Shown: positions 48,356-60,535 of the stretch, one piece after another | Layout: every line of letters starts with the position of its first letter | Position numbering within the stretch: the stretch's first letter is position 1 | Origin: Hydrolagus colliei | Lineage: Eukaryota | Assembly (NCBI GenBank): GCA_035084275.1 | Contig: CM068746.1 | Span: 24,738,001-24,802,000 of the forward strand | Direction of reading: 5' to 3' | Length of the DNA: 64,000 bases | Made by a program: the position numbers and the translations under genes | The notes under the pieces: generated by a model | What the model was told of the DNA's origin: nothing | Database searches by the model: none | The model's input: only the letters and a program-made list of their open reading frames with translations

Positions 48356-51300
48356 CCATCTGATGCAAAGACAATGACCACTAGACTGTCAGTCAAACTG
48401 TGTGGCCGACCAGCACAAGCAAAGCTTTGATTTTGAACATAATTGCTGAGTATGAGGCAATCACTTACAGTAGCAGACGTCCAGTTGCAGATTGCTTCAG
48501 CAGAAGTGGTTTACACAATTTGCAGCAGTTTCACTGGCCACAATCTGTAAGATGCACTCTGATCCTCCCATCCTGAAACCAGCATTCATTATATGTGGTT
48601 GCCAAAAGCCCGCAGAACAACACAAAAGACAACATTGAGAGACCTGAACCTATTGTATGGGTTTGAGGAATGGTTGCAAAATGCCACAAGGAATTTAATG
48701 TAAGTGGATATAGATGGTAATATATTGTAATAATATACTATTACAATATATTCAAGTTGTACTCAATGGAGTTATACCCATTCACGGTAAAGGTGGAAAA
48801 AGAAACTGCTCTTGATCATTCAGTAGGCAGCTTTTGTCCCTGTGCTAAGGTTACTGAGGAAGTTAATCAAATTTTAAGGGGGTACCTCAAGGTCATTTAA
48901 CTATAAATCAAAATCTGTTATTCTGACAATGTCAGTTCTGAGCTAGGCTGCCACTCCAATGCAATGCTGGGGGAATGATGCATTATTTGAAGGTGTCATC
49001 CTTCAGATGCGACAATAAAAAAGGTCCCGTCTGCCTGTTTAGGTGAATATTAAACATCCCAAGCCATTATTTGGAAGGAATTTCTCCCAGTGCCCTAGGC
49101 AACAATTCGCTATTTGAAACAAATTGATCATTCACTCCATGGCTGTTTGTGGGGCATTGGTATGTGCAAATTAACTATTTAGATTCTGTGATAGTAATAT
49201 CTAGCATGTTATAATTTTACAATTCTTGTTCAGCAATGTATTATTCTTGTTGTTTCTGTGTGCGTAGATACTCTTTCTGGATATCATTTGCTGCCTACAT
49301 TACTGGTATGTCTGGTATGTTACACAGAAATATTGTACAGTATCTCTAAGAGGATATTTGCACAATTTAAATTGTTATAACATAAATAACTTTGCAAAAT
49401 AACTTTGCAAAATTATTTGCAAAATACAGGGAATAATTTATCCATTCTGCAATGTTTATTGGACTCTTTTCCTTCTCCCCCCACCTCCCCCACCACCACC
49501 CCACCTTCCCTTCTCACCCATAAGCATTGGATTAGTTACCATGCATATGAATGGAGGTGATTTTCATAAAACAACTTTAAAGTAAACTAAAAATAATTAC
49601 AAATCTGAAGTTAGGCAAGTATACTGTGGAATCAGTAAATATGTGTGGTTCAAGGCAGAATCATATTTTCAAGAGGGAACTGGATCGATAGCCAAAAATG
49701 AGTAATTTCCTAGTAAATGGGGAAAAGGCAAGTCCATGGAACTCAATGGATTTGTGTTTCAAAGGGCCAGCACAGATAGTCATATCATCGCTCTAATTTG
49801 AAATGGTCATTTACTGTGCTCTAAATTTCTACAGTTCCACATTGTTGGCTATTACTATTACTAAGATTAAGAGGATTTGGGAATTTTAACCAAAAACGCT
49901 GCCTCATACTACTGCCTGACACTGAACAGTGACTATTAGCTGCTGCACCTCAGCCTCATGCAAAATTAAGAACTGGTGAAGAATTTATTTATCTGATTGC
50001 TGCAAACATATTTAATTGCCACAAACCTTTGGAAACCAGAACCCAAGTGCAACCCAAGTGAAGATGAAAAAGCGCCAAAGCTGCCTCATACATATATTGT
50101 AGATTGGAAATGCAAGTCTCCACTTCCAGTAAAAAAGAAGCAGAGCAAATGTGATCAGACCACAGGCCAGCAGAGGCATGGGCTCAGTTTCCAGCCCCTA
50201 GAACTAAATGTCAAAAATAAGTGCTACAAATCTGCTGCTGATTTACAGAACATGCTGCAGACAGGCAATGCAAATAATATGTATAGCAATGGAACTTGTA
50301 TAACAGAACATTCATAAGGGTCAAAATAAACCACACTGAGCAAAGAAGGTTGCACACAATCTAAAACAAATCTTGCTGTAAAATTGTTATGAACATGCTG
50401 TGAGATGTTATGCATAAGCATTTGGAAATACTTGAACCTGGTTTTGAAAAGAAATGTTAATAATTGAAACTAAAACCTGTGTTTTTCAAGCAAAGCGAAA
50501 GGTAGTCAAAGCCAATTGTTGCATATTGCTTTGAGGACCTATGTAGCAATTGAATATGGACGATACAAGGATCAAAGGATTGTGGGAAAGTGAATGGGGC
50601 AGATTTGAAAGAGGTTGATTTGTAAAATTGGAGTGAAAGGACCGAGGGAATCTACATTGTGCTTTGGATTAAATAACACTACACCAATTACTTGCAAGCT
50701 GCTTCTTTAAATTAATCCATTGATTATTTTAAAAGGACAGTTTTTTTTTGGTGGGTGACTCATGGCTGACTCATCAAAACCCATCACCGTGCTTAAGGGG
50801 TTCCAAATCAGACTTACAGTTGCTTATATGTAAGCCATCTACACGAGGATATTTCACTATGTCTGGAATAACATGTGCATTCCTTGCCTAGAGGGATTGC
50901 ACCCTATAAATGTAATTCAGAGACAGTTGGGTAAAGTTTGGCCACGGTTTGAGGTCCACAGATTGTTTGTTGGGGGTATAGCTGGATTAGAGCCATGTAA
51001 ACAGCAAATCTTACCATTGAGAGCAGTGTTTGGGAAGCTACCAATTACTTGCCTAGTTTGGGCCAAACAGGTTCCTTGTACCTGGGTTACAAAGTTAATA
51101 GGAACCGAGCAAGAAAAATCCCTGTTTCCTTGGATAGATGGTAAATTGTAGGAGTGAGATTGGGTTGAACTGCTCATGTGGAGAAAACACCAGAAAAGAT
51201 ATGATGGGTATGACGACCCATTATTGTGCTGAAATATTTATTCTATAACGACTTCTTTATATTAGATTGCAGGGTAGGATTTGGTGTGGATGAGAGTTTG

Positions 51301-51643
51301 GCAGTCACTATAACTGAGAGGAATACAAGCCACTCTTCGCTATAATTAAGAGGAAGAGAAGCACGCAGTTATTCTGAGCTGTGAGCAAAATGGCTGCCCA
51401 TTTGTATGCAAAGCCAAATTAGTACATGACAGTAAAGCATTTTAAGATGTTTTGACATGTTCAGGCACTATGTTTGTGTGCTGTTTGCATAATTTGGATA
51501 TTACAATTTAGTGAGGTCTTATGTGCATACTTATACAGCTTGTAAATGTAACAGAAGCCATACATAATATTAATTTAATAATCCTCGCATTTGATATAAC
51601 GCTTTGCACATCTTCTGGACATCTTAAAGCACTTCACAGAATA

Positions 51644-52002
51644 CAGTTAACCCTCGCTGAATGCGACTTTCTCGATTGCAAATTCAACTATACGCAAAGA
51701 AAAGATTGTGTAACGTTTGCACTTGCAAGGACGCCCAACCCGCACAATGCACACTTGGGAGATCAAGCTTGGAGATGGACCCCATTGGGAGAGCAGGGAG
51801 AGTGGGAAAAGCGACGAGAGCAGGGACAGCAGGGAGAGCGGGAAGAACAGGGAGAGTGACGAGAGCAGGGAGCAGGGAGAGCGGGGAAGGTGAATCCCCC
51901 TAGCCCCCCTTTTCCCATTACTTGTTAAGCTTACCGAACGCGATTTTACTGAGTGCGCAGTTTTCCAGGAACGTAACCCCCGCGTTCGGCGAGGATTATC
52001 TG
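51644..52002. mobile_element. Tc1/mariner-pogo (Tigger-like) MITE nested in a SINE tail
   Basis: TA|CAGTTAACCCTCGCTGAATGCG ... CGCGTTCGGCGAGGATTATCTG|TA; internal ggagagcag repeats. Confidence 0.85.
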
Positions 52003-53038
52003 TATACTGTCAAGTGAATGATAAACATAACTTTGTTTTGCCGAATGAGAACTCATTGCAACAAAGTGGTATCATGCCCAATACCAATAGCCATGTTGTA
52101 ACCTCTATTTGTAATAGCTCTGTGTTATAAAAAGGATCACTGTGTTTCTTTTGATATGGATCAGTGAACAGCATTCATTCCACCAGTAGAAATGAGCAAG
52201 AAGGTGTGACTGCAACTTGTATCCCTACAGGATGGGGCAAAATCAGTAGTCAACAGAGGTTTCAGTGTAGGCAGAACAAGACGTTGTTTCAATTCTTTTC
52301 AAATCAGATTGCATTGAAAATCATTCTAAATGTCCATTTTAACAAGGGTGGGGGTTTTGGGGTGTGTGGGGAGGATCCTGTTTAAAATTGGCACAGCTAA
52401 AGCAGGTAAAATTACCAACCGAGTTGAGTAAAATTAATATCCTTAAAATTGGAAATGATGGGATTTAAACCTTTAATCAATATTAGACTCAAATTCAGGG
52501 CATTGAAGGGTAAGCTTAGGACATCGGGAACTATTTATTTGTACAGAAGGTAATCAACAGCGGAATCAGGTTACCAGGAAGTGTGGTGGAAACCAATGCT
52601 TTGAACTTATTTAAGAAACAGTTTGATGCTGCAATGGGAAGAAAATAGTAAAGGTATTCTGGAATGGTGAGTTCAAATGTTCCAAAGAACATTCTTTGAC
52701 AGAGAAAGAGTGTGCATTGTAATAATAATCCTTGCATTTGATTTAGTGCCTTTTCACATCTTTGAGATACCTCTAAGGGCTTCACAGACTATACAGCAAA
52801 GTGCAGTATAATTGTGGGCAAAACTGTGCAGCCAATTGCGACAGCAGTGTCACATGAAAAGTCATGGATTGCGAGACCAAATTATTATCATTAATATTAT
52901 TTTGAAAGGCAGAAGATAATTTTTTTCTGGAAGGGGTGGAATTGTTGGCAAGGAAACTAGGATAAATTCCACTTTATTTTTGAATAATGCCATTGGCTTG
53001 TTGTTAAAGTCCACCTAAGGAGACGGACAAGAGCTAGG

Positions 53039-53103
53039 TGTAAAAAAGTACCATGGTAATGGTGGCATGGTACTACCACCATTACCATGGTACTTTTTTT
53101 ACA
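53039..53103. repeat. Perfect 24-bp-stem palindrome
   Basis: aaaaaagtaccatggtaatggtgg (53042-53065) / ccaccattaccatggtactttttt (53076-53099). Confidence 0.95.
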
Positions 53104-54864
53104 AGTGGTCTCATCCAAAAAATGGCACTTCTGTCAATTTTGCGCACCCCCCACCATTTTATTGGAGACTCAGCTTAGCCTGAGTTCAAAATCTCAAAGT
53201 GGGATTTTTCTAACATAGAGGCTGGAGTACTACCAACCAAGCCAGGCTGACACCAAGTTTAGATCAGGTACATTACTGGATAAAGTCCAAATTAGTAATC
53301 AAGCACAATTCACGAATGTGATTCTCCAATGATTGTTCTCTCCATGTTTCACACAACAGAACAGCCTGACATAATTTATTTGTTTTAAAGAATTTATTGA
53401 CGTTAGTTAGTCAGTCAGTCAGTCAGTCAGTCAGTTTATAATGCTAATCGCATTTTTAACAATGAAAACTGCGGTTTAGGAAATTCATGAGGTCATTCTT
53501 GGCATTTTCCAATGAACAACGGTGTTAATTAAATATTAGAATAAAACCTCTTTGACTTGTGTGAGAGATTCATGTGATTGTTTCCTATTGGCTTTCTATT
53601 TTGTTGAGCTCACATCCTTAACTTGAATCTGAACTTTTAATTGTACTACAAATCAGCATTGATACAATGGAAAATCATTTGCGTAACCACACGCAGGATT
53701 TTGGTGATGCCGAGAAGATTGCAGAAGATGGTAGCAGAGGTTATTCCGTCCCAGTTAGGAAAAGACTAGAAATGCATTTGTGATATCATGACTCACGGCT
53801 TAGTAAGTTCACCATGCACGAGAGATATTTTACGTAGAAGTAACTTCTTCATGGCACCCCTTTTAGAAAGTAAGGTTAGTAATAATGACACAGAAATATA
53901 TTTTTTAAATCATAACAGCTGATGAACATATTTTGTCTAATCTGAACTCTTGGTATTTTGCACTTTAAGATTTTGCACCCTATTCTCTCACTTTATTGTG
54001 ACCTATTCAACTACCTCTTTTATCTTTCTCTCTCTCTCTCTCTCTCTCTCCCTGCTTTCTCTAACAAATCCCATTTCTATATCTTGTACCCTCTATTGCA
54101 ACCAACCCAAACCCTTGGCGGCAACACCCAAAGTTCAAATTGATGCATTAAAACATGATGTACAAATGTTTTGCATTTATTGAACATCTGTGAATAAATA
54201 ATTTTGCCATTGCCAAATAGAGCAGGCCAGTGCGTTAAACAAATTTGCTTTATAAAGATAGTTTTATCGGGAACCTACATGAATCTATGCACTGTAAAAT
54301 TTTTCATAGCTTTGCAATAAATCCCAGTACAACTTTCATTTCAGTTGACTCTGTGTCCAGTCCATTTAGATCTGAGAATGCTGTTATGATGCGGCAGAGC
54401 TGATGGTAGGGACATTCTATTGGAGGATATATGTGGCATGACTTTGATGATAATTAACCTCACACTCTCCCAGTAGAAGTCAAGGACTATATTATTTGCA
54501 TAAGAGATTTTTTTTTACATAGCATTCATTACTGACAACGATTTCCTGTGACGCCGCACAGGCTTTTCCGTTGTGGTGACTGGTTAACGTGATATTTCCC
54601 TAGGCTACATTTACAAAACGATATCACGACTGGGCTGATGTTAGGAAATAAATATGTGTGATGTGCACAATCACCTGAAATATTTTATTAAGTTACAATT
54701 GGCACAACAATTACACAAATGTTCCTATAGCTTAAAAATTATTTCATTGATATAATACATATATCATTTTAGCCCACTTCCACAGTAAGAACAACGCCAG
54801 GTGTGTTTTGACATAAACAATATGGTCTTTATGACTACAACTTGTCTATAGACTCAAAGTATTA

Positions 54865-55160
54865 GAGACCTGCAGCTCAGCAGTGAGTTAGAGCACGCAC
54901 TTTCCAAGCGAGAGAATCTGGATTCGATTCCAGGCATGACGCAATCATGGGCGTCATGCCTTACTCCACATGCCCGATAATAATCCCTTGGAAAAAAATA
55001 ATAAATTGGTCATTTCAATCCACAACTATTTGTGGGACACTACAGTGCGCAATTGGCTGCTGCATTTTGCCCACAAATAGTCAATTCACTTTACAGTATA
55101 TTCTGGGAAATGCTTTGAGACGTCTAGAAAATGTGAAAAGTGCTATATCAAATGCAAGGA
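54865..55160 (+). mobile_element. SINE
   Basis: Decayed head, body and tail. Confidence 0.85.
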
Positions 55161-55169
55161 ATTACATAA

Positions 55170-55232
55170 AATGCCAATTACATAAAAACCTACCAAATTT
55201 TGAAATTTGGTACGTTTTATGTAATTGGCATT
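55170..55232. repeat. Near-perfect 63-bp palindrome
   Basis: aatgccaattacataaaa..taccaaattt / aaatttggta..ttttatgtaattggcatt. Confidence 0.92.
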
Positions 55233-56747
55233 AGAGTGGTAATGTAGGATTGAAAGCTTTTTGGTTTGGAAAATATTTATTTGCAAATATATTTATATGA
55301 ATGCAAAACCAAATACGCACAAGGCAAAAAAAAACATACGCAGGTTGTGCGCACATTTTTTCACGTGTGCTCCCTTTAAAGGATCGGGATTCGCCCCTAT
55401 GTGCACCACAACTATACGCACGCCTATGCACACCCTGAGAAGATCACCTATCGCTTTCAGAAGGCACCATCCTCGCACATGTCATATATACATACATTTC
55501 CAGACGCTCTTCGGTTACATGTCGTGCCACATATAACGAAAACTGAACCATTTTGTGATGGGAGTGAAGGCACTGATGCTGCTAGTTTGTTCACAACTCT
55601 GAGTTTCATGCTATTTCTCGAGGTCCACCCTGGATTTTCAGTAAAGAGGTTGTGTCATCTATCAGCTCCACCCACTGAGGTCACCTTTGCATCACTTCTA
55701 TCGTACTTCACAAGTTAGCACCCTTGTCAGGAATCAAATTGTGTGGTTGTAAAGATAGGCAAGTGATTACAAGTAACAATAAAGAGCATAGATTTACAAG
55801 ATTCTACATGATTTACAAGATTCTACCAAATCTACTGGAGGCACAATTAGGTTGTAGATCATTCCAGATTCAATCCCTGTTTCCTTCCCCACCCCTCAAC
55901 ATCCAAGACTATTTCAATGAGTTATAACACCTCATGCATATAATCTGCAGCATTAGTGAGTGAAAAAGCAACATACCAAGCTTATTGTAGTCCTTAAAAT
56001 AAATTTTGTAGATTTGGTTAAATTATAATGTTCCCAACTCTGCTTAATTTCATACCGTAGTAACAACAACTTGCATTTATATAGTGCCCTTCGCTTGGGG
56101 TAGGGTCCCAAAGCACCACAACCAGTCACTAGTTCTAGTCGCTCAACGCTGGTGGGATCATATAAGTGTTAGGGTGGCCTCTTGTCAGCTACAAAATGCA
56201 ATGGTCTTTCTTGATAGTCTAATTTGATGTTGCACACAACAGCATATTAAAGACAGTCGTTTTTGTGTTGCTGCATGAAGAAGGTGCTATTTCCTGCTGC
56301 TTGTTTGAAAGCATTAATACTTCCAACTACGAGCATGTAGCACTTTGCTAAACAACATAAGAGTGTTAAGTTAGGATATATTGGCCATCCTTATTGCTCA
56401 CTGTTTCAGATATAAATAAGCACTTTTATCATTTATGCTTTCTCACTGATATGTCAGTGCTTCAGTCATTGTTTCATATTAGACTGGCACAATGCACCTA
56501 CCAACAGGAAGTATTTTGCCAGAGTGACAAATGCCATCTCCTTTTATAATAGTGCCCCCTGGAGCCTCACTGCAGTGAAAACCATTTAGTCAACACACGG
56601 AATACCAGCCACAAAGCTGACAAATTTAATGAAATTTATTTCCTGTTTGTTATCTTTTTAGTGTTTCCAAATGACCTTATTTGTCCATATTTGATGCAAA
56701 TTCTCAAACATTTCCGCAACTATTGTAAAAGAAACGACTCTCGTCGT

Positions 56748-57060
56748 TGGGATCCTGCAGCTCAGTGGTTAGAGCACCGAGAAATGTTGGGCACGTTTCC
56801 TTATTCCACATGCCTCTGTTTAACTAGCGGCAAGTAGCAACCAGGTTGTTAGCCAATATGCAGATCACCTTTCCAGGGGGAATAATTCCTGAATTTTAAA
56901 AATCGGTCATTTCGATCGCCGACTGTTTGTGGGACACTGCCGCATTTCACCCACAAAATATACAGTCAATTCACTTTACAGTATAATCTGTGAAGTGTTT
57001 TGTGATGCTCAAAGATGTGATAAGGCGCTATATCAAATAAAGCACATAAATTATTATCAT
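56748..57060 (+). mobile_element. Long-type SINE
   Basis: gcagctcagtggttagagc head, tgcctctgtttaactagc segment, body and tail. Confidence 0.85.
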
Positions 57061-58939
57061 TAGTACTGCATTACCATGTGCTACAAGTAGGCAACTGTTA
57101 AGGAAAATGGTAAATTGCAACCAGTTATGCACCAGTAGAGGGCAGGAAACAATAAAGGAACTGTTGTTGACAAATGGACTGAATTTTGTTTCTGATTCAA
57201 ATATTATGCGAAACAACAACAAAAACAAAATTATATTTGTATAGCACCTTTCACCTCGGGAGGACCTCCCAAGGCCCTGGAAAACAATGTGATGGACGAG
57301 AAACAATTATTACTCTATCAACACAAATATAAAATACTATATAAACACAAGTTTTTCTTCCTTGAACCATTGAATGATTAGCGCATATTATGTCGATATA
57401 TCAAAGTGCACTTCCAATACCTTTATATAGCTCCCTTCATAGGAGGAGTGGCTTAGAGCACTTTGGGAGGATGGTCTGAGGAGTATGTGTATGTTTATTA
57501 TTTTCTGAAACTTGTGCAACCTGCCATGTGGAAGCATTTACAGCAAAGAAGTATTCAAGAAGGAAGATCAAAAGGAAACTCAACTAAGCTTTCTGTGACA
57601 AAGGGTTAGAGCCTGGGCATGTTCCCCTACAAGGTACACAGACATTCCACGTTACAGTATATTCTATAAAGCATTTTGAGAGGTCCTCCCAATGAGAAAG
57701 TGACGGTATGAAAGGTTTATTATTATTAAACCAATATATAGAGTAATTGTTTACATCTAATATTATATGGGAGTATGGCAATGTTCCCCAAAATAAACAC
57801 ATATAGAGAAAAGTAGTCATTTTCCTTTGCTGTTGATTGAAGTTTATACTTACTCTGATCTTACTCCGTAAATTTTTTTTAGATTGACAAGTAGTAGTTT
57901 GATGAGGAATAGCAAAGTGATGGATGCACAAAACACACTCAATGTGGTTCACCAATATGAAAAGCAAACTAGAAAGTGTTGAGTTAGCTCAAATTCATTT
58001 TTTAGCTAGATCCAATGTCCTTTTACATTTGTTTAATGCACTATCAGCCTATCATTTCTCCATTGGGGAAAATTAGGACTGATTGCCTTTATCCCATTAT
58101 TTCTCATTAGTTTAAGGGCTATTCTTATCTCATGAGAACAACTTGCTGATAGCTTTTATCCTGTGATTTCTTTTAAAAATTTCAATTAATCTGGAATTGT
58201 TGCGAGAAATACAATATACGTTTTAGCTGAAATTGGAGGATGGGAAAGATCAGAGAAGGACATGCAAAGACAAACCACTACAGAAGGATAGGGTTGGGCA
58301 TGGTAAACTGCAAGACGTGGGATGAGACTGTTTATCACAGGAATAGTAGCAAAAGGTTTCAGGTGTGAATGAGAGGACAAACATAAACCACAGGATAGTG
58401 ATATTCAAAACAGAAACAGCAGTAAACAAAACATTCAGCCAAATGGATTAAAGTAAGTAAATTACTTGAATTTTATATAGCTGTCAAAATGTACTGTTGA
58501 CAGCCACTAGGAGCACTCTTGGCCTGTTTTACTACTGATGGCACTTTTGCTTTGGTATCAATACTTAACATACCTGAGATTATTCGAATGCCTCATTTAG
58601 TATTTGCATTAAATGAAAATTAGTTTCTGTCTCATTTTCAGCTTGTAAAATAAATAAAAATCAATTGGTTAATTCAGATTTAGTCAATTTGAATTGAACA
58701 GTTATGCATAATGAATAAGGAAAGGGTTTCTGAAATTAGATTTGAAATTCCAGAGATAATCCAGAGAGGTGAGCCTCATAACATTTTTCATGTTATATTT
58801 TGTGTTTGTTTAGGATTTCTGTTGTACTAAATATTGTATTTATAAATAAATATAATTTTTCCCAAATAAAGTTATTTATGTTTGAGATCCCTCGCAATTA
58901 CCGAATGGTCCGGGTGACAGGTTGTCAATAGGAGAGGGG

Positions 58940-60535
58940 GAGACTGAAAGCACAGTCGAAGAGGAGGGTCTTGAGGCAGGTCTTGAAGAAGGTAAGGGTT
59001 GAGGCAGAGGGACTGCAGGATGGACTTCCAGAGAATAAGGGCAGAGTGGCTGAAGGCCTGCCTGCCAATGGTGGGGCGGCTAGGCAGGAGACATGGAGTA
59101 GACTAGAGCCTGCTCAGCTGGGGGAGGAGGCAGGTTGATAGGGGCTTAGGAGGTTGCAGAGGTAGGTGGGAGCAGGGCCATGGAGGGCTTTGAAAGTGAG
59201 GATCAGAATCTTGAACCATATCCGTTGTGTAATGGAAAGTCAATGAAGTCTGATGAGGAAGGGAGTGATAGGGTCATGGAACCTGGTGCAGGAGAGGACA
59301 CAGGCTGCAGAAGTCTGGATGATCTGCAACCTCTGGAGGGAGTAGTTGGGGATGCCGACAAGCAAGGAGTTTATGTAGTCGAGCCTGGATGTTATGAATG
59401 CAAGTATGAGGGTCTCTGGGGGCTGTGATATGGGACATTAGTGGAGCTGAGTGATGGTGTAGAGGTGGGAAAAGGCGGAGCAGGTCATGGCACGAATGTG
59501 AGGTATGAAGGACAGTTGAGGGTCGAACAGGATGCCGAGGTTCCTTATTGGCTCCATGAGATGTAGAGTGCGTCCATGGAGGGAGATGCTGTCTGCGCCC
59601 AAGGTACTGATGGGAGGCAAGCAGGAAGTCCCAGGTCTTGTTAACACTCAACTGCAAGAAGTTAGCTTTCATCCTGGAATTGTGGGTGGAGGCAGAGAGA
59701 TAGAGAGATACAGTTCAGTGGCAACTTCGGTGGAAGGTAACCTCCAATCTGTGGATGTCACCAATAGATGTTGAAAAGGAGAGAACCAAAGACAGAGCCC
59801 TTAGGGATGTGGGGCGGGGGTTGGAGGAGAAGCTACTAGTGCCAACAAAGTGGAGATCATGGGAGAGGTAGGATTCAAACCAGGCAAGGAGAGGTTGAGC
59901 TGAGAGGAGAGATGGTGTTGGAGGATAAAATGGTCAACAGTGTCAGAGCAGTAGAGAGGTTGAGGAGGCCAGGAGGCAGAGAGAACCCTGTTGCTGATGT
60001 TCAGAATATCGTTAGTGACTTTGCCAGGGCTGTTTCCATGCCGTGGGCAGGATAGAAATCTAATTGAAGGATTTCCCCTTGGCAGAAGGGGAATGGTGGG
60101 GGAGGGAAGAGGAAAGGGCATTGGAGATGGGGAGATAGCTGGAGATTAGGGATGGGTTTAGGGAAAGTATTTTCAGGATGCTGTTTATGACAGGTGTTTT
60201 TAAGGGGATCGGAGCAGTGCCAGTGGATAAGGAAAGGTTGATAATATTGGTTAAAAGAGGGGCTAGGAGGTAGAGCTGGGAAATGAGGAGAGGGGTGGAG
60301 ATGGGGTTGAGGCAGCAGGTGGTGGCCCTCATTTTTGAAATGGAGATGAGGGAAAAGGAGGAGATAGGGGCAAAGGTATGTAGGGAGGGATGGGCTGGTG
60401 ACTGGGGTGTGAGGGGGAGGTGGTGAGGAGTAGTGTGGACGGGGATGTTGCTGAAAGAATCCCCTCGATTTGGGATTCGAGAAAGTCTAACATATCCTCG
60501 CAGTTGGAATTGAAGGAAAGGATGGGTGAAGCACT
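58940..60535 (-). mobile_element. Decayed L2 LINE (~1.6 kb)
   Basis: Fragments MRATTCCLNPISTPLL, KVTNDIL, MKANFLQLSVNKT and PIRNLGILFDPQLSF in several frames. Confidence 0.9.
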
